Origin: Octopus bimaculoides
Lineage: Eukaryota
Length of the DNA: 40,740 nt
NCBI RefSeq assembly: GCF_001194135.2
Contig: NC_069003.1
Location: 5,180,594-5,221,333, forward strand
Direction: 5' to 3'
Part shown: positions 36,977 to 40,740 of the stretch, one piece after another
How positions within the stretch are numbered: position 1 is the first letter of the stretch
Layout of the letters: every line of letters begins with the position of its first letter
Translations under genes and position numbers: made by a program
The notes under the pieces: generated by a model
Told to the model about the DNA's origin: nothing
What the model saw: only the letters and a program-made list of their open reading frames with translations
Database searches by the model: none

Positions 36977-37100
36977 CAGGGTGTCCACAAACTCTGGGTA
37001 TATGGGGATTAACACACACTTTAAGAAATTTTTATTTCTTATATTTAATTGCTTATGTTATTTTATTTACTCCATGTACCCAGACTTTGTGGACACCCTG
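36977..37100. mobile_element. 124-bp Tc1/mariner-type MITE
   Basis: The 29-bp TIRs are CAGGGTGTCCACAAACTCTGGGTATATGG (36977-37005) and CCATGTACCCAGACTTTGTGGACACCCTG (37072-37100), matching at 27/29. The element is flanked by TA on the left and TG on the right, with an AT-rich spacer. Confidence 0.85.
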
Positions 37101-37125
37101 TGTATGTATGTATGTATTTACAAGT

Positions 37126-37450
37126 GTGAAGGCGCGTCGCTTAGTGGTTAGAGCATTCGGCTCACGATCGTAGGTCGCGAGTTCAATACCCGGTGATGCG
37201 TTGTGTCCCCGAGCAAGACAGTTTATTTCACGTTGCTCCAGTCCACTCAGCTGGCAATAATGAGTAGTACCTGTAATTCAAAGGGGCCAACCTTGTCACA
37301 CTCTGTGTCACGCTCAATCTCCCTGAGAACTACATTAAGAGTACACGTGTCTGTGGAGTGCTCAGCCACTTGCACGTGAATTTCACGAGCAAGCTGTTCC
37401 GATGATCATATCAGCTGGGACCCTCGTCGTCGTAACCGACGGAGTGCTCC
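37126..37450 (+). mobile_element. Family A SINE, apparently full length
   Basis: It has the A-box TCGCTTAGTGG, the B-box GAGTTCAATACC, a body colinear with 6481-6785, and the end CCCTCGTCGTCGTAACCGACGGAGTGC. Confidence 0.9.
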
Positions 37451-37485
37451 TATTTACCAGAGCATGCGCACACGCATACACACCG

Positions 37486-37568
<83 letters not shown>

Positions 37569-38304
37569 CATGCATAAACATATACGTATGAGTCTATATA
37601 TTCGTATATGTGCGTTTGTGTGTCTGTGTGTCTGTGTCTGTGTGTCTGTGTCTGTGTGTCTGTGTCTGTTTGCGTGTGCATCTATATGCGGATATGTGCG
37701 TGAGTGTGTATGCCGGGTGTAAATTTAATTTCTTGCGTATCCTATTTCAAGCCACTTCATCTTTCAGTCATGAAGTTTCACAGAGTTTCTTTCACTGGAG
37801 GCTGGGGTATTTTTATGAGGCAATGACGGTCAGTGGCAGGCTCTGCGACACTTTTTGATGCCACAGTAGGAAAGGAACTAGTTTGCATTCCTTGAGATTG
37901 ATATCATTCGGTTTCTAAATAGATAAACATTCCGTAGCCGTAGATCCGTGTAGAGTAGATTGCTCTATTTCCCATGTTTTATTATAATGAAAATAATAAA
38001 ATATTGCTCGGTTATGTAATTCACACACCTTCACAACAATGACGTGGCAACCAGTCATCCGTTGACAATAACAAGGAAGGTGGTGACCTCTAAACCTCAC
38101 ACTTAAATATTCAGCTGCATAATTGCTGCAATATGCAACTACAGTCATGAAGTCATCATTCACCGACGTTATATCATATCTCCGTATAAAAGTTAAGAGC
38201 AGACCACATACTAAATAGGCATGTGCGAAAGACCGTTTAAGAGTCGTTGACAAGTAACAAGAAACACAAAGCTTTCAAAATTTCATAGTCTATTTCAGTA
38301 TAAA

Positions 38305-38456
38305 GCAACAAATATGTTTAGGAAAGAACTGTCTGTAATCTTTGTATTGCGGAAAATTTCCATATTTTAGCAGAAACAGCAAACATTCTAGACAGGAAAT
38401 CCGATTTAATAGCTAAATGCTGACTTGAAAATAAAATTTTAATTTTCAATTTTAAC
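38305..38456 (+). mobile_element. C-terminal fragment of a second PLE type (end of the GIY-YIG region)
   Basis: It reads KYV*ERTVCNLCIAENFHILAETANILDRKSDLIAKC*LENKILIFNF, resembling the PLE terminal motif CNLCL.EK..I....LN.RSEL.SKCRH.NKF. Confidence 0.6.
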
Positions 38457-38908
38457 AAAACTCTCGTATTTTCTATTTTCGACAGATATAGTTGGTTGCA
38501 CAGCCGGAAGTTTACCAACATTTAAAATCAGATAAAACAAACTTCAGGCCAACAACAGGTCGTCCAGTTCTTAGTTTGTAATCCAAATTTCCCAGAGGTA
38601 TCACCACTAACCATTACTATTTCATGACTTCTTCCGTGCACGAAACTCTGAAAAATACTGAGAGAGAGAGAGACACACACACAGACAGACAGACAGACAG
38701 AGATTGTTTGTGTGTGCGTTTATGTGGGGTTTTCTATTTGTGTATGTGTTTGTGTGTTTGTGAGTGTATGTGTTTGTGTGAGTGCGTGTTTGTGTGTGCG
38801 TCTGTGTGTGTATGAGTGTATGCGCGTGTGTGTGTATGTATGTGTATGAGTGTGTGTAGTGTGTGCGTGCGTGTGTGTGTGTGTATTTGCGTGCGTATAC
38901 ACACAAAG

Positions 38909-39080
38909 ATATCTTTTATCTTTTACTTGTTTCAATCATTAGAATGTGGCCATGCTGGGGCACAGTCTTGAAGAATTTTAGTCGAACGAATTGACCCCAG
39001 TACCTTTTTCCTTAAACCTGGTACTTATTCTATCGAGCATTTTGCCGAACCACTAAGTTAGGGAGACGTAAACATTCACT
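38909..39080 (-). mobile_element. Family C-related SINE 3' half
   Basis: CTTTTACTTGTTTCAATCATT..TGGCCATGCTGGGGCAC..GTCGAACGAATTGACCCCAGTAC..GGTACTTATTCTATCG..TTTGCCGAACC. Confidence 0.8.
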
Positions 39081-39175
39081 GAACAGCATATGTATTTGTC
39101 CCGAAAGAACTAATCTGCATCATTGGATGCAAACAAAGTAGCAGGTGTCACGTGAGAATTTTCCTTCTCCTTCAG

Positions 39176-39285
39176 AGATATCTATACAAAGACAAAGAGT
39201 CTCTCACATTGCTAGCTGTTGGGTCACTGTTCACTGTACTGAGATGTTAAAAGTCAAGCGATGCCTGCACCTGGAGTTTTTTAAA
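39176..39285 (+). other. Candidate spliced exon (unproven)
   Basis: It has the strong acceptor TTTTCCTTCTCCTTCAG and the donor AAA|GTGAGG. One frame is open. No homology recognised. Confidence 0.2.
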
Positions 39286-40153
39286 GTGAGGAAAGGCCTT
39301 CCATAGTTCCAATCTCAGTCTCTGAAACAAAATGCATTTGCCTTAAAAGAAGAATGGAGTAGCAGGTGTCCCGTCAGAATGTTCCTCNNNNNNNNNNNNN
39401 NNNNNNNNNNNNNNNNNNNNNNNNNNNNNNNNNNNNNNNNNNNNNNNNNNNNNNNNNNNNNNNNNNNNNNNNNNNNNNNNNNNNNNNNNNNNNNNNNNNN
39501 NNNNNNNNNNNNNNNNNNNNNNNNNNNNNNNNNNNNNNNNNNNNNNNNNNNNNNNNNNNNNNNNNNNNNNNNNNNNNNNNNNNNNNNNNNNNNNNNNNNN
39601 NNNNNNNNNNNNNNNNNNNNNNNNNNNNNNNNNNNNNNNNNNNNNNNNNNNNNNNNNNNNNNNNNNNNNNNNNNNNNNNNNNNNNNNNNNNNNNNNNNNN
39701 NNNNNNNNNNNNNNNNNNNNNNNNNNNNNNNNNNNNNNNNNNNNNNNNNNNNNNNNNNNNNNNNNNNNNNNNNNNNNNNNNNNNNNNNNNNNNNNNNNNN
39801 NNNNNNNNNNNNNNNNNNNNNNNNNNNNNNNNNNNNNNNNNNNNNNNNNNNNNNNNNNNNNNNNNNNNNNNNNNNNNNNNNNNNNNNNNNNNNNNNNNNN
39901 NNNNNNNNNNNNNNNNNNNNNNNNNNNNNNNNNNNNNNNNNNNNNNNNNNNNNNNNNNNNNNNNNNNNNNNNNNNNNNNNNNNNNNNNNNNNNNNNNNNN
40001 NNNNNNNNNNNNNNNNNNNNNNNNNNNNNNNNNNNNNNNNNNNNNNNNNNNNNNNNNNNNNNNNNNNNNNNNNNNNNNNNNNNNNNNNNNNNNNNNNNNN
40101 NNNNNNNNNNNNNNNNNNNNNNNNNNNNNNNNNNNNNNNNNNNNNNNNNNNNN

Positions 40154-40224
<71 letters not shown>

Positions 40225-40558
40225 GACAGAGAGAGCGAGAGGGAGAGAGAGGAAAACTGAGTGCGGCACGGAAAGGAGCTTTGGTTACACGAAATATAGA
40301 CAACAAGACTACGAGTACAAAACTGGAGTGACAGCTGGCTTCACATCATCTGGCCTTTTAGATGTATGTGTGTGGTTGTGTTTCTATGAGTGTGTGTGTG
40401 TATGTGTGTGTGTGTATGTGTGTGTGCGTGTATGTATGTGTGTGTGTTGGTAGTTGTGTGTGAGTATAATTTTGAGGTTGTGATTTAAGTCATATGTGTG
40501 TGGTGTTTGTATTGTCGTGTCTATGGTCAATGAGACGTTGATAGATAGACAGACAGAA

Positions 40559-40645
<87 letters not shown>

Positions 40646-40740
40646 CAGACACACAAAGACAGAAAGACAGATAGATAAATAGACAGACAGACAGGAATAC
40701 CGGTGGGTAGATAGACGTATATATATATATATATATATAT
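40154..40740. repeat. (GA)n, (TG)n, (GACA)n and (GATA)n microsatellites with a short unique spacer
   Basis: Directly visible. Confidence 0.9.

Noticed and set aside
37700-38260. Possible Tc1/mariner transposase remnant and the 112-aa ORF 37915-38253
   Set aside because: No DDE/D or WPxxSPDL motif and no matching TIR pair were found.

Overview
This is non-coding, repeat-saturated, AT-rich eukaryotic DNA from a draft assembly, with 17 N-gaps totalling about 6 kb. The SINE families and microsatellite density suggest an octopus genome, which is an inference from repeat content. I can support no intact protein-coding gene; nearly every ORF in the track is a translated microsatellite or gap. The window holds many tRNA-headed SINE copies from at least three modular families and a decayed Penelope-like element (RT plus GIY-YIG, 760-2115) with further PLE pieces. 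It also holds R4/Dong-like LINE fragments with a restriction-like endonuclease, an RTE RT fragment split into two oppositely oriented halves, a 124-bp Tc1/mariner-type MITE, and large microsatellite fields. The most interesting signals are two minimal type I hammerhead ribozyme motifs (5549-5584 and 22814-22859, both on the minus strand and each with core mutations). Next come a twin-priming-like inversion fused to a second LINE, and a few isolated exon-like and promoter-like segments that remain unproven.
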